Positions 1-7,126 of a stretch of 10,047 bases of DNA are shown one piece after another. Origin of the DNA: Gemmatimonadaceae bacterium (GTDB taxonomy: Bacteria; Gemmatimonadota; Gemmatimonadetes; Gemmatimonadales; Gemmatimonadaceae); NCBI GenBank assembly GCA_044224875.1, contig JBGAJQ010000101.1:1-10047 (forward strand), given 5' to 3'. The number at the start of each line of letters is the position of its first letter. Position 1 is the first letter of the stretch. The notes under the pieces are model-generated. The model was not told the DNA's origin. It did no database searches and was given only the letters and a program-made list of their open reading frames with translations. The translations under genes were made by a program, and so were the position numbers.

Positions 1-19
1 CTTTTTACCGAGAGAACGC

Positions 20-1033
20 GTGGCGTCCCAGCCCCCCACACCGGCCGTTGACGACAGTCGAGACCTGGAGCTTCTGAAGAAGCTTGCTGTCTCCCGACGA
101 GATCTCGTCGCACAGATCGGTCGTCGCATCATCGGCCAGCAGGAGATCGTCGAGAACCTCGTCGCCGCGATTCTCGCCGGCGGGCACGTGCTCATCGTCG
201 GCGTGCCAGGCCTCGCCAAGACACTCCTCATTCAAACCCTGTCGGAGGCCCTCGACCTCACGTTCTCCCGGGTGCAGTTCACGCCGGACCTGATGCCGAG
301 CGACATCACGGGCACGGAACTCCTCGAGGAAGACCACGCGACGGGAAAGCGCATCTTCAAGTTCGTGAAAGGACCGATCTTCGCGAACGTCGTGCTGGCG
401 GACGAGATCAATCGCGCCCCGCCAAAGACGCAGGCCGCACTGCTGCAGGCCATGCAGGAGCGCACCGTCACCGTGGCAGGCCAGACGCACGTGCTCCATC
501 CGCCGTTCTTCGTGCTGGCCACGCAAAACCCGATCGAACAGGAAGCCACCTATCCGCTGCCGGAAGCACAGCTAGACCGCTTCATGTTTGAGCTGCGGAT
601 CGACTATCCGACGTTCGAGGATGAAGAACGCATCGTGAATGCGACCACCGGGTCACATGAGGCCAAGATCGTGCCGGTGATGAGCGGCAGCGAAGTCGTC
701 GCACTCCAGCAACTCGTGCGCCGCATGCCGGCGCCGCCAACGATCGTGCGCTATTGCGTGGGTCTGGCGCGTTCGACGCGACCGACGGAGCCGAACGTCG
801 CGCCGGACATCAAGAAGTACCTGGCCTACGGCGCGGGGCCTCGGGCCTCACAGTACCTCGTGCTGGGCGCCAAGGCGCGCGCGGCCATGGATGGGCGTTC
901 GGTCCCGGATATCGACGACGTGCGGGCGATTGCTCCGTCGATCCTCGGCCACCGCATCGTCAAGAACTTCCAGGCCGAAGCCGAGTCCGTCAGCTCCGAC
1001 CGACTCGTGCAGACGGTGCTGTCCAAGAAGTAG
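20..1033 (+). CDS. moxR: MoxR-family AAA+ ATPase (337 aa)
   Basis: Walker A GVPGLAKT, MoxR signature RVQFTPDLMPSDITG, Walker B VLADEINRAPPKTQAALL and ATQNPIEQEATYPLPEAQLDRF. The C-terminal lid region has GAGPRAS and ILGHRI. GTG start at 20 follows GAGAG (10-14); TAG at 1031-1033. The symbol is family-level. Confidence 0.96.
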   Translation: MASQPPTPAVDDSRDLELLKKLAVSRRDLVAQIGRRIIGQQEIVENLVAAILAGGHVLIVGVPGLAKTLLIQTLSEALDLTFSRVQFTPDLMPSDITGTELLEEDHATGKRIFKFVKGPIFANVVLADEINRAPPKTQAALLQAMQERTVTVAGQTHVLHPPFFVLATQNPIEQEATYPLPEAQLDRFMFELRIDYPTFEDEERIVNATTGSHEAKIVPVMSGSEVVALQQLVRRMPAPPTIVRYCVGLARSTRPTEPNVAPDIKKYLAYGAGPRASQYLVLGAKARAAMDGRSVPDIDDVRAIAPSILGHRIVKNFQAEAESVSSDRLVQTVLSKK

Positions 1034-1065
1034 CAGGCACGCCCAGCAAGTCGCTGCGTCTCGCG

Positions 1066-1086
1066 GGCGCCCGAAGGCCGGGCGCC
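1066..1086. terminator. GC-rich hairpin between convergent stop codons, possible bidirectional terminator or pause site
   Basis: GGCGCCCG (1066-1073), loop AAGGC, CGGGCGCC (1079-1086): a perfect 8-bp stem between the stops at 1033 and 1097. There is no U-tract on either strand, so it is not a canonical intrinsic terminator. Confidence 0.4.
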
Positions 1087-1096
1087 AGTCACGAGC

Positions 1097-1441
1097 CTAA
1101 CCGCGCGTCACGCTATCGCCGCCCGCTGACGCGCCTGCCTCGGGAGTAGGTCGAGCCGCATTAGCTCGATGGCCCTCAACCGCGGTGCGCACTTCCACCT
1201 CAGCGTCGGCACTCGGCACGCCGAGCGGACGCGAGAAAACTGGCGTGGCATGCTTGCCCGATGGCTTGTGCCGTCGCCCGGCGTATCGATCACGCTCCAT
1301 CTCAGATATGCTGAACAAGTGCGCCATCTTGAACTCATGCTCTGGCGCATCAGCATGCTGCGCTACGCCCAACGCACGTCGCAGGAACTTGCGTACCCTA
1401 TCGCCCAGTTTGCTTCCGTCGTGCGTGGTTTCGGCTTTCAT
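1097..1441 (-). CDS. Hypothetical protein (114 aa)
   Basis: ATG at 1441 with AGGAG (1453-1449) 7 nt upstream. It fills the gap convergent to moxR without overlapping it. No recognisable domain; the C-terminus is low-complexity Ala/Gly/Pro. Confidence 0.5.
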   Translation of the reverse strand: MKAETTHDGSKLGDRVRKFLRRALGVAQHADAPEHEFKMAHLFSISEMERDRYAGRRHKPSGKHATPVFSRPLGVPSADAEVEVRTAVEGHRANAARPTPEAGASAGGDSVTRG

Positions 1442-1488
1442 GGCTCTGCTCCTGCAAGGTCAGCGTCCGCCCAACGCTTCGCGAGCAA

Positions 1489-1669
1489 CGTCATCCGGAG
1501 CGACAGCGCGATGATCAGCGCAACGCCACGTCCCAGGAGTCGCTAGCTCATCTTCAATTTGCGCGACGTCGCTACGCGCGGATGTGACCTGGATCGCCTA
1601 CCGTGTGTTCGCTTCGCTCCACTCGTTATCCGGAGCGATCCAGGTCCACCCTCTACGTCGCCGGAGCGA
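1489..1669. repeat. Three dispersed copies of a CGT(C/T)ATCCGGAGCGA-like motif plus an inverted partial copy
   Basis: CGTCATCCGGAGCGA at 1489-1503, CGTTATCCGGAGCGA at 1624-1638 and CGTCGCCGGAGCGA at 1656-1669. The inverted partial copy TCGCTCC is at 1614-1620. Confidence 0.65.
1563..1661. repeat. Long imperfect inverted repeat (stem-loop)
   Basis: Perfect 12-bp core GACCTGGATCGC (1586-1597) / GCGATCCAGGTC (1635-1646). It extends by GGATG (1580-1584) / CACCC (1647-1651), which includes a G-U pair on the minus strand, and by GCGACGT (1563-1569) / ACGTCGC (1655-1661). Confidence 0.7.
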
Positions 1670-1787
1670 GGACGTTGAGTCATGTCCTCGTTAGGATTGC
1701 AGGATTACACCCCGTTCGACGGTAAGTTGCCGCGACAACGCTCTAGAACCGCAAGGGCCCTCATGGCGCGCCCTCTCAGGCACACTG

Positions 1788-3455
1788 TCAGCGTGGCGAC
1801 CGCGACGCACTCACGCGAGCGAATCGAACGCCGCGCACACGACCATCTGAAATCGTGAACCCGTCCACTTTCCGACCGGTGCGTGTGAATTCAATGATCG
1901 TCCCGAACGAGGTGCTGAAAGCGTCGGCCCAGGCTGGTTGAAGGTTGACGGGATCGATCCGCTTCGCGTGAATGACAAGCCCGGAATCCGACGCCGCTAT
2001 TCGATACGTCACATCCAACTCGTCGCTCACGTACTCGCCGGCGAACTCGCCGAGCACGACCTTGTCGGGCGCATACATCGGCTCCCTACGCCATTCCACG
2101 CGCCGTGTCGATTGCGGCTGCTGCGTGATGCCGGTCACGCGGTTGTTGGCCACGCGAAGCACGAAGCCCTGACCTCCGCCTCGCACGAACGCCGACGTGT
2201 CACTCGAGAACTGAATGACACGCCCATCACCTAACGTCATCGTGTCACCCTTGCTGGCGATTCGGAGTATGAGGTGACTCACCGTGTCGTGATAGGTGCC
2301 CACCCATCGCTCACGCACCTGGTCGGTCACGGTGCGGCGCACCGTGTCCACGCTTGCTTGCTCAGTGGGCGCGCTCGATCCGAGGAGGACGTCCGCAACG
2401 CGGCGGGCTAATGCACCGGGTCCGGAGTTGCTGGCGTTGCAGAGTACCGCGACGGCAATGCCTCGATCGGGGTAGCGGTCGACCTGCGCCCGATACCCCG
2501 CGTCCGCACCGCCGTGACCGATCACCCGCTGCCCTCGGTACCGCCCGATGGATAACCCAAACCCATAGTTCGTGGGCGTCCCATCGTTGAGGATGGCAGA
2601 GGTCTGCGCATCCTGAATGAGCTTGGCGGAGCCGACCTTCGGTGAGTCCAGCTGCGCCATCCATGTCAGCAGGTCGCCAGCCGTCGTGAACAGCGATGTT
2701 GCGCCGTACGTGTCGAACACCGGAATGGAGATCGACCATCCTTTGCCTTCTCCGCGCGGCTGATATGCGGACGTGCGGTTGGGAACGATCATGGTATGAT
2801 CGTCATGGAAATGCGTGCTCGACATCCCCAACGGTGCGAAGATCCGCCGCTGCGCGAACTCGCGGAGGGACTCCCCGGCAACTCGCTTGACGATCACCGC
2901 CAGCAGCGTGTATCCCGTGTTGCTGTAGACCCACTCCGCACCAGGCGCGAAGTTCACTCCCTTCTGCCGGCTGACAATGTCCAGCACGTCCTGCTCGGTA
3001 ATCAGGTCGTCATCCCGCCATCCCGAGTAGCCCAGCAGTTGCCACTGGTCGCGGAGCCCGCTCACGTGGTGGATGAGCTGACGGATGGTGATGCGTGTGC
3101 CGTAGTCAGGTATTTCTGGCACATACTTCCGTACGTCGTCATCGAGCGAGAGCTTCCCGTCGTCCGCGAGCAACCCCACGGAGTAGGCGGCGAATTGCTT
3201 CGAGACGGACGCGACATGGAAGATCGATGCCGGCGTGATCGCGAGTCCATGCTGCAGGTCGGACATGCCGTACCCGCGAGCGTACACCTGACGACCCCGG
3301 TCCGAGATGCCTAACGCGCACCCCGGCGTGTCGGTGTGATCCCAAGCGGTGAACACACGGTCCACCTGTGTACGGACTGAATCGGAGAGGCCTTGGGCGG
3401 CAAGGGCGCACGGAAGCAGGACTCCAACAACAGACCATCCGAAAAGTCGGCGCAT
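1788..3455 (-). CDS. Secreted serine hydrolase of the beta-lactamase (class C / D-Ala-peptidase-like) family with a C-terminal beta-rich extension (about 555 aa)
   Basis: SxxK motif FHVASVSKQF (SVSK at 3209-3198), YxN motif YSN (2927-2919), HGG (2516-2508), ITIRQLIHHVSGL and IFAPLGMSST. ATG at 3455 gives a Sec-type signal peptide MRRLFGWSVVGVLLPCALAA-Q, so it is preferred over the TTG at 3482. Substrate cannot be assigned from sequence. Confidence 0.93.
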   Translation of the reverse strand: MRRLFGWSVVGVLLPCALAAQGLSDSVRTQVDRVFTAWDHTDTPGCALGISDRGRQVYARGYGMSDLQHGLAITPASIFHVASVSKQFAAYSVGLLADDGKLSLDDDVRKYVPEIPDYGTRITIRQLIHHVSGLRDQWQLLGYSGWRDDDLITEQDVLDIVSRQKGVNFAPGAEWVYSNTGYTLLAVIVKRVAGESLREFAQRRIFAPLGMSSTHFHDDHTMIVPNRTSAYQPRGEGKGWSISIPVFDTYGATSLFTTAGDLLTWMAQLDSPKVGSAKLIQDAQTSAILNDGTPTNYGFGLSIGRYRGQRVIGHGGADAGYRAQVDRYPDRGIAVAVLCNASNSGPGALARRVADVLLGSSAPTEQASVDTVRRTVTDQVRERWVGTYHDTVSHLILRIASKGDTMTLGDGRVIQFSSDTSAFVRGGGQGFVLRVANNRVTGITQQPQSTRRVEWRREPMYAPDKVVLGEFAGEYVSDELDVTYRIAASDSGLVIHAKRIDPVNLQPAWADAFSTSFGTIIEFTRTGRKVDGFTISDGRVRGVRFARVSASRSPR

Positions 3456-3510
3456 GGCAGGCTCGGGAAATGGGCGGATCAAATTCGGCGTTGGCCGTCG
3501 ATCACGCCAG

Positions 3511-3548
3511 CGCTGGCCCGCGCGTCATTCCTGACGGCAGGGCCAGCG
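3511..3548 (-). other. Intergenic stem-loop between the M56 gene and the serine hydrolase gene
   Basis: CGCTGGCCC (3511-3519) / GGGCCAGCG (3540-3548) and CGTCA (3523-3527) / TGACG (3532-3536). The loop reads GGAA (GNRA) on the minus, transcribed strand. No U-tract. Confidence 0.55.
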
Positions 3549-3582
3549 TCGCCACACACCCGGTCCCGGGGTGGGTTCCTAC

Positions 3583-6500
3583 CTACTTCCGTTCGAGCAA
3601 ACGCGATAACTCGGCGTGTGCTCGCGGGTCATCGCTCTCGCCCAGCAAATCGACGGCGCGCCGTCGTAGCTCACGATTGGGGTGGCTTCGCGCCACCTCG
3701 ATGATCGCCGGGATTCCCTCGCCATTATCGAGGTCCCCCAGCATGTCCAGCGCTTTCGATGGGAGTTCACTTTCACCCGATGCGTTGATCACGGCTCGCA
3801 TCAACGCGATCGCATCCGCGGCTGGCGCGTCGTTCACATACGCCTCCAGCGCCGCTTCCCGAATGGACTCATCTCCGGACCGCCGAGCGAGCCGGTCCAA
3901 TTGCTGCATCGCGGCCCGGTCGCGTTCCATGCCACCGAGCTTCTCAATCGCTGCCTTGCGCACTTCTTTGCGCGGATGCTCTTCCGACACCTTGGAGAGT
4001 CGAGCGACTTGGGTGTCATCCTCGAGACTCTCGAGCGCATCGAGGGCGGCCTTCTGCAGTTCCACATCCCCCTCGCGCCAGAGCACCTTGTTCACGGCCT
4101 CTGTGGCAGCCCGACGATCGCTTCCATTGCCCATGGCCGACACCGCCGCCTTGCGCACCCGCAGGGACGCGTGGGTGTCTGCGATGCGCTCCAGGGTCGC
4201 GAGCACGCGCGCGTCCTCCAGATCCGCCAGCTGCTCCACGGCGGTTTCCTGCTCCCGCTCGCTGGCGGCGCTCGTCACCATGCCGCTCAGCAGCTCAAAC
4301 GCCTCGCTCTTGTCATCCTGGTCTGCGAGCGTCTCAATCGCCTTTCGGCGAACTTCCGGGTCGGCGTTCTTCCGCGCAATGTCCTTGAGGACGGTTCCCG
4401 CAGCGGCGGTCTTCAGCTGGCCCATCGTCTCCACCGCTTCCTTTCGCACTTCCGTCGACGATTCCTTTTCCACGATGGACTCGAGGACTGGCAGCACGGC
4501 CTCGGGCTCCTCCAGCTCTCCCAGCGTCTCGATCGCCTTACGACGTAGCGCGTCCCGCGTATGCTGGCGGGCCAACTTCGTCAGCTCAGCCAAGGCGTTG
4601 TCGTGACGCGTCTCTCCAATGGTCTCGATCGCCTCCCCTGCCACCTCGCCGTCGGGGTCATTCCATGCAAGGCGAACCAACGTCTCGAAGGCGCGCGCTT
4701 CCGATCGTTGCCCCAGCGCCTCAACCGCTTCGCGTCGCACTTCGCGATCGTCGACGGTGCGAGTGAGCGCAACGAGCGTGTCGAGCGCGGCCGACAACGA
4801 CATCTCGCCCAGTGCCTCGGCAGCCTCGCGGCGCACGTCGCGCGAGCGATCGCCGCGAGCCACCTCCGCGGCCAACACCACGGCACCAGGAATCTCCAGG
4901 TCGCCAAGATGGTCGGCCACGGCGTTTCGCGTACTGTGCGACTCTGAGCTCTGTAGCCAGCGGCGGAACGTCCGCAAGACGGGTTCATCGCTCACGTGCA
5001 TGCCGACGACCGCTACCAGATCCTCTCGGTCCTGCTCCTGGCGAGATTCATTGAACAGGCGCTGGGCGATTGCGATACTCTCCTCGTCCTGCGCCCGACC
5101 GGCCCAAAAGAGTGTGCGACCAGAGAAGTAGCCGGGGAACGCGAACGCCGAGGCGTGAATGCGATCCAGTTCCCATGCGCCGTTCTTGCGAGTGAAGGCG
5201 TAGAGGATCACTTGGTCGTCCGGCGCATACCGCGAGCCCACGAGGCTATCGAGCCGCGCGCCAAGAAAGGTGAGTCCCTGTGGGGCTCCCTTGAAGTGAA
5301 TCGAACCCATCATGGTATTGCCGCCAGCATAAACAGGCACGCGGCGGTCCAGGTAGGTCCACCCTCGCGTTGCATCGCCGTCTATGACGTAGCCGATCCA
5401 GAAGCCTGCGCCGCCACGGGCTCGGCCCGCACGTTCGGCCTTTGCCCATCGCTCGGCCAGGGAAGCCGATCCGTCGTCCACGCGGATCACCGTATCGGGG
5501 CGTGCGTTGCGTCCCGATACGGGCAGTGTGTCGCCTCTCATCGACGAGAGGTCCGAGGCCTCCAGTACACTTTCTGCAGGCTGCGACGTGCGGTGCATGG
5601 TGGTACCACCGGCGATGCCGATGAGCGCCGCAGCGCCTAACGGCAGCGCCGCCCAGCGGGCCCTTGACTCGGAGTGATGTGTCGGCAGCGCCAACAGCCG
5701 ACGCACGCGCTTCAGGAGGCTTCCCCCGGTGGCCGCCATGGCCAAACGCGGTTCCGCCTGGCGCAATTCCTCCAACCGCAGCAGGGCCTCGGCGTATACG
5801 CGACGGTCGTCGCACAAGGCCACCGCGATGTCGTCGCAGCAGTGCTCCCGCTCCTCTCGAACCTGCGTGGAGACCCACCACACACCTGGATGATAAAACA
5901 GCAAGGTTTCCACGACCGTCTGCAGCAGGTTCACCACGTAGTCTTGCCGGCGAATGTGAGCCAACTCGTGAGCGAGCAGGAGTTCGAGGTCTCGTGAGGT
6001 CAGTCCGCACTCGAGGGCGAACGGCATGAGCACGACCGGGCGAAGCCATCCGATCACGGTTGGCACTTGCACGAGCGCTGACTCGAGGAGTTGCACAGAG
6101 CGCGAAACACCAAGCCGCTCGGCGAGCACTTCCAGTCTGGCCACGGCGTCGGCGGACGCACCGCGCACTTGGCTCCGTGCCAGCTGGCGCACGCGAAGCC
6201 ATCCGCCGCCGAGTCGTACGGAAAGGAGCAGCACACCAAGCAACCACAGGATGACCAGGACAGGAGCGGCCGCATCGCCCAAGGTTTGCATGCGCTGTCC
6301 AAGTCCCACAGACTCCGCGCCCTCAAGTTTCTCGCGCGTGGATAGGTTCGGTGCCCATGCGACGCTGGTGACGCCTGTTGCGCCTGACGAAGCATCGCCT
6401 GGAAGGACGGCGTCGACGGCGGGTTGCGACGCGTTTCCAGCTGCCTGAGCCGGCCCGCCGGGATCATCCGCCTGGCCAGAACCGCGCGAGAGTTGGAACG

Positions 6501-6675
6501 CGGTCGCTACTGGAATGACGACCATCAGTAGCAGCGCCGCCGCGGACGCCTGATACCGGAAGCTGGCCTGCCGACGACGCGAAACCGCCAGCACCAACGC
6601 AAGACCCACTGCAACCAGCGTTCCCTGCCAGACAAAGTGCAGGAGCGTCCAGGCGAGAATCGACGTGAGATTCAT
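3583..6675 (-). CDS. BlaR1/MecR1-type M56 metallopeptidase fused to a C-terminal HEAT-repeat solenoid (1030 aa)
   Basis: N-terminal TM helices (LAWTLLHFVWQG), VPTVIGWLRPVVLMP, zinc motif HELAH (5970-5956) followed by IRRQDY, LLFYHPGVWW, EREHCCD and LLKRVRRLL. A further hydrophobic helix follows, then about 15 repeats of roughly 31-33 aa of type 'EVRREAVEALG'. The start overlaps the upstream repressor stop (ATGA, 6675-6672). Confidence 0.94.
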   Translation of the reverse strand: MNLTSILAWTLLHFVWQGTLVAVGLALVLAVSRRRQASFRYQASAAALLLMVVIPVATAFQLSRGSGQADDPGGPAQAAGNASQPAVDAVLPGDASSGATGVTSVAWAPNLSTREKLEGAESVGLGQRMQTLGDAAAPVLVILWLLGVLLLSVRLGGGWLRVRQLARSQVRGASADAVARLEVLAERLGVSRSVQLLESALVQVPTVIGWLRPVVLMPFALECGLTSRDLELLLAHELAHIRRQDYVVNLLQTVVETLLFYHPGVWWVSTQVREEREHCCDDIAVALCDDRRVYAEALLRLEELRQAEPRLAMAATGGSLLKRVRRLLALPTHHSESRARWAALPLGAAALIGIAGGTTMHRTSQPAESVLEASDLSSMRGDTLPVSGRNARPDTVIRVDDGSASLAERWAKAERAGRARGGAGFWIGYVIDGDATRGWTYLDRRVPVYAGGNTMMGSIHFKGAPQGLTFLGARLDSLVGSRYAPDDQVILYAFTRKNGAWELDRIHASAFAFPGYFSGRTLFWAGRAQDEESIAIAQRLFNESRQEQDREDLVAVVGMHVSDEPVLRTFRRWLQSSESHSTRNAVADHLGDLEIPGAVVLAAEVARGDRSRDVRREAAEALGEMSLSAALDTLVALTRTVDDREVRREAVEALGQRSEARAFETLVRLAWNDPDGEVAGEAIETIGETRHDNALAELTKLARQHTRDALRRKAIETLGELEEPEAVLPVLESIVEKESSTEVRKEAVETMGQLKTAAAGTVLKDIARKNADPEVRRKAIETLADQDDKSEAFELLSGMVTSAASEREQETAVEQLADLEDARVLATLERIADTHASLRVRKAAVSAMGNGSDRRAATEAVNKVLWREGDVELQKAALDALESLEDDTQVARLSKVSEEHPRKEVRKAAIEKLGGMERDRAAMQQLDRLARRSGDESIREAALEAYVNDAPAADAIALMRAVINASGESELPSKALDMLGDLDNGEGIPAIIEVARSHPNRELRRRAVDLLGESDDPRAHAELSRLLERK

Positions 6676-7064
6676 ACGTCACCCTTGGCTTTCATGTTGT
6701 CGAGAAGACGGCGGATTTCGGCGAGGTCCTTAGCCGAGGCGGGGCGAGACTCCAAGGCATGCATAACGAGCCCCACGGCGGAGCCCTCGAACGCGCGATC
6801 GACCAGGTCCGATACGAGGCGTCGCTTGGCCTCGCGTTCGGGCAGCGCGGCCCGGTACACGTGCGAGCGCAGCGTCTCGTCCCGTTTGACGAGTCCCTTC
6901 TCCGCCATGATCTGGAGGAGCTTGAGCACCGTGGTGTATCCGGATCCCCCGTCCCGCAGCCGCTCATGTACTTCCCGCACCGTACACGGACCGTCGTGCC
7001 ATAACACGCGCAGGATGCGCAGCTCGGCGTTCGTCGGTTGTGGAATCGCAGGGGCTTTGGGCAA
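6672..7064 (-). CDS. blaI: BlaI/MecI/CopY-family winged-helix repressor (130 aa)
   Basis: PTNAELRILRVLW..GPCTVREVHE..GYTTVLKLLQIMAEKGLVKRDE..RSHVY..LVDRAFEGSAVGLV. TTG start with GGAG (7074-7071) 6 nt upstream. Translationally coupled to an M56 gene. The symbol is family-level. Confidence 0.96.
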   Translation of the reverse strand: MPKAPAIPQPTNAELRILRVLWHDGPCTVREVHERLRDGGSGYTTVLKLLQIMAEKGLVKRDETLRSHVYRAALPEREAKRRLVSDLVDRAFEGSAVGLVMHALESRPASAKDLAEIRRLLDNMKAKGDV

Positions 7065-7098
7065 GGTCGGCTCCGGTCGAGGCAGTGGTCTTACGACG

Positions 7099-7126
7099 AA
7101 GCTATACGAAGAGTTTCGTATGTCAA
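7099..7126 (-). promoter_or_regulatory. Sigma70-type promoter of the blaI-M56 operon
   Basis: On the minus strand: TTGACA (7126-7121), a 16-nt spacer, then TAGCTT (7104-7099). It lies about 35 nt upstream of the TTG start, in the only AT-rich patch of the region. Confidence 0.8.
7105..7120. promoter_or_regulatory. Putative BlaI-family operator 1 (TACGAA-GAGT-TTCGTA)
   Basis: Palindrome, extendable to ATACGAA/TTCGTAT at 7104-7121, that fills the -35/-10 spacer. BlaI/MecI/CopY proteins bind TAC..GTA palindromes in their own promoters. Confidence 0.85.

Noticed and set aside
5..526. 173-aa minus-strand ORF and other ORFs overlapping moxR
   Set aside because: Antisense or alternate-frame shadows of a well-supported gene in GC-rich DNA, with no motifs.
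1169..1546. Plus-strand ORFs 1169-1546 and 1185-1514
   Set aside because: No clear RBS or domain. They overlap the minus ORF 1097-1441, which has the better start signal.
1489..1669. Possible mini CRISPR array
   Set aside because: The repeats are only 14-15 nt, irregularly spaced (135 and 32 nt apart) and degenerate, and there are no cas genes.
1543..1683. 46-aa minus-strand ORF (MTQRPRSG...KLKMS) running through the stem-loop, in frame across a TAG with a hydrophobic stretch
   Set aside because: The GAGGA is only 1 nt from the ATG and is sequestered in a hairpin, and the composition is not protein-like. There is no support for readthrough or a type I toxin.
1788..3455. Calling the hydrolase a true ampC/blaZ resistance gene
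   Set aside because: It has HGG rather than KTG at the third motif and a long C-terminal extension. This family includes many peptidases and esterases, so activity cannot be inferred.
3456..3482. TTG start at 3482 for the serine hydrolase
   Set aside because: ATG at 3455 gives a canonical signal peptide beginning MRR; the extra 9 residues are Pro-rich and atypical.
3368..4606. Long plus-strand ORFs (412 aa, 288 aa and others) opposite the HEAT repeats
   Set aside because: Ser/Arg-rich antisense shadows of the biased Ala/Glu/Leu/Arg codons of the real gene.
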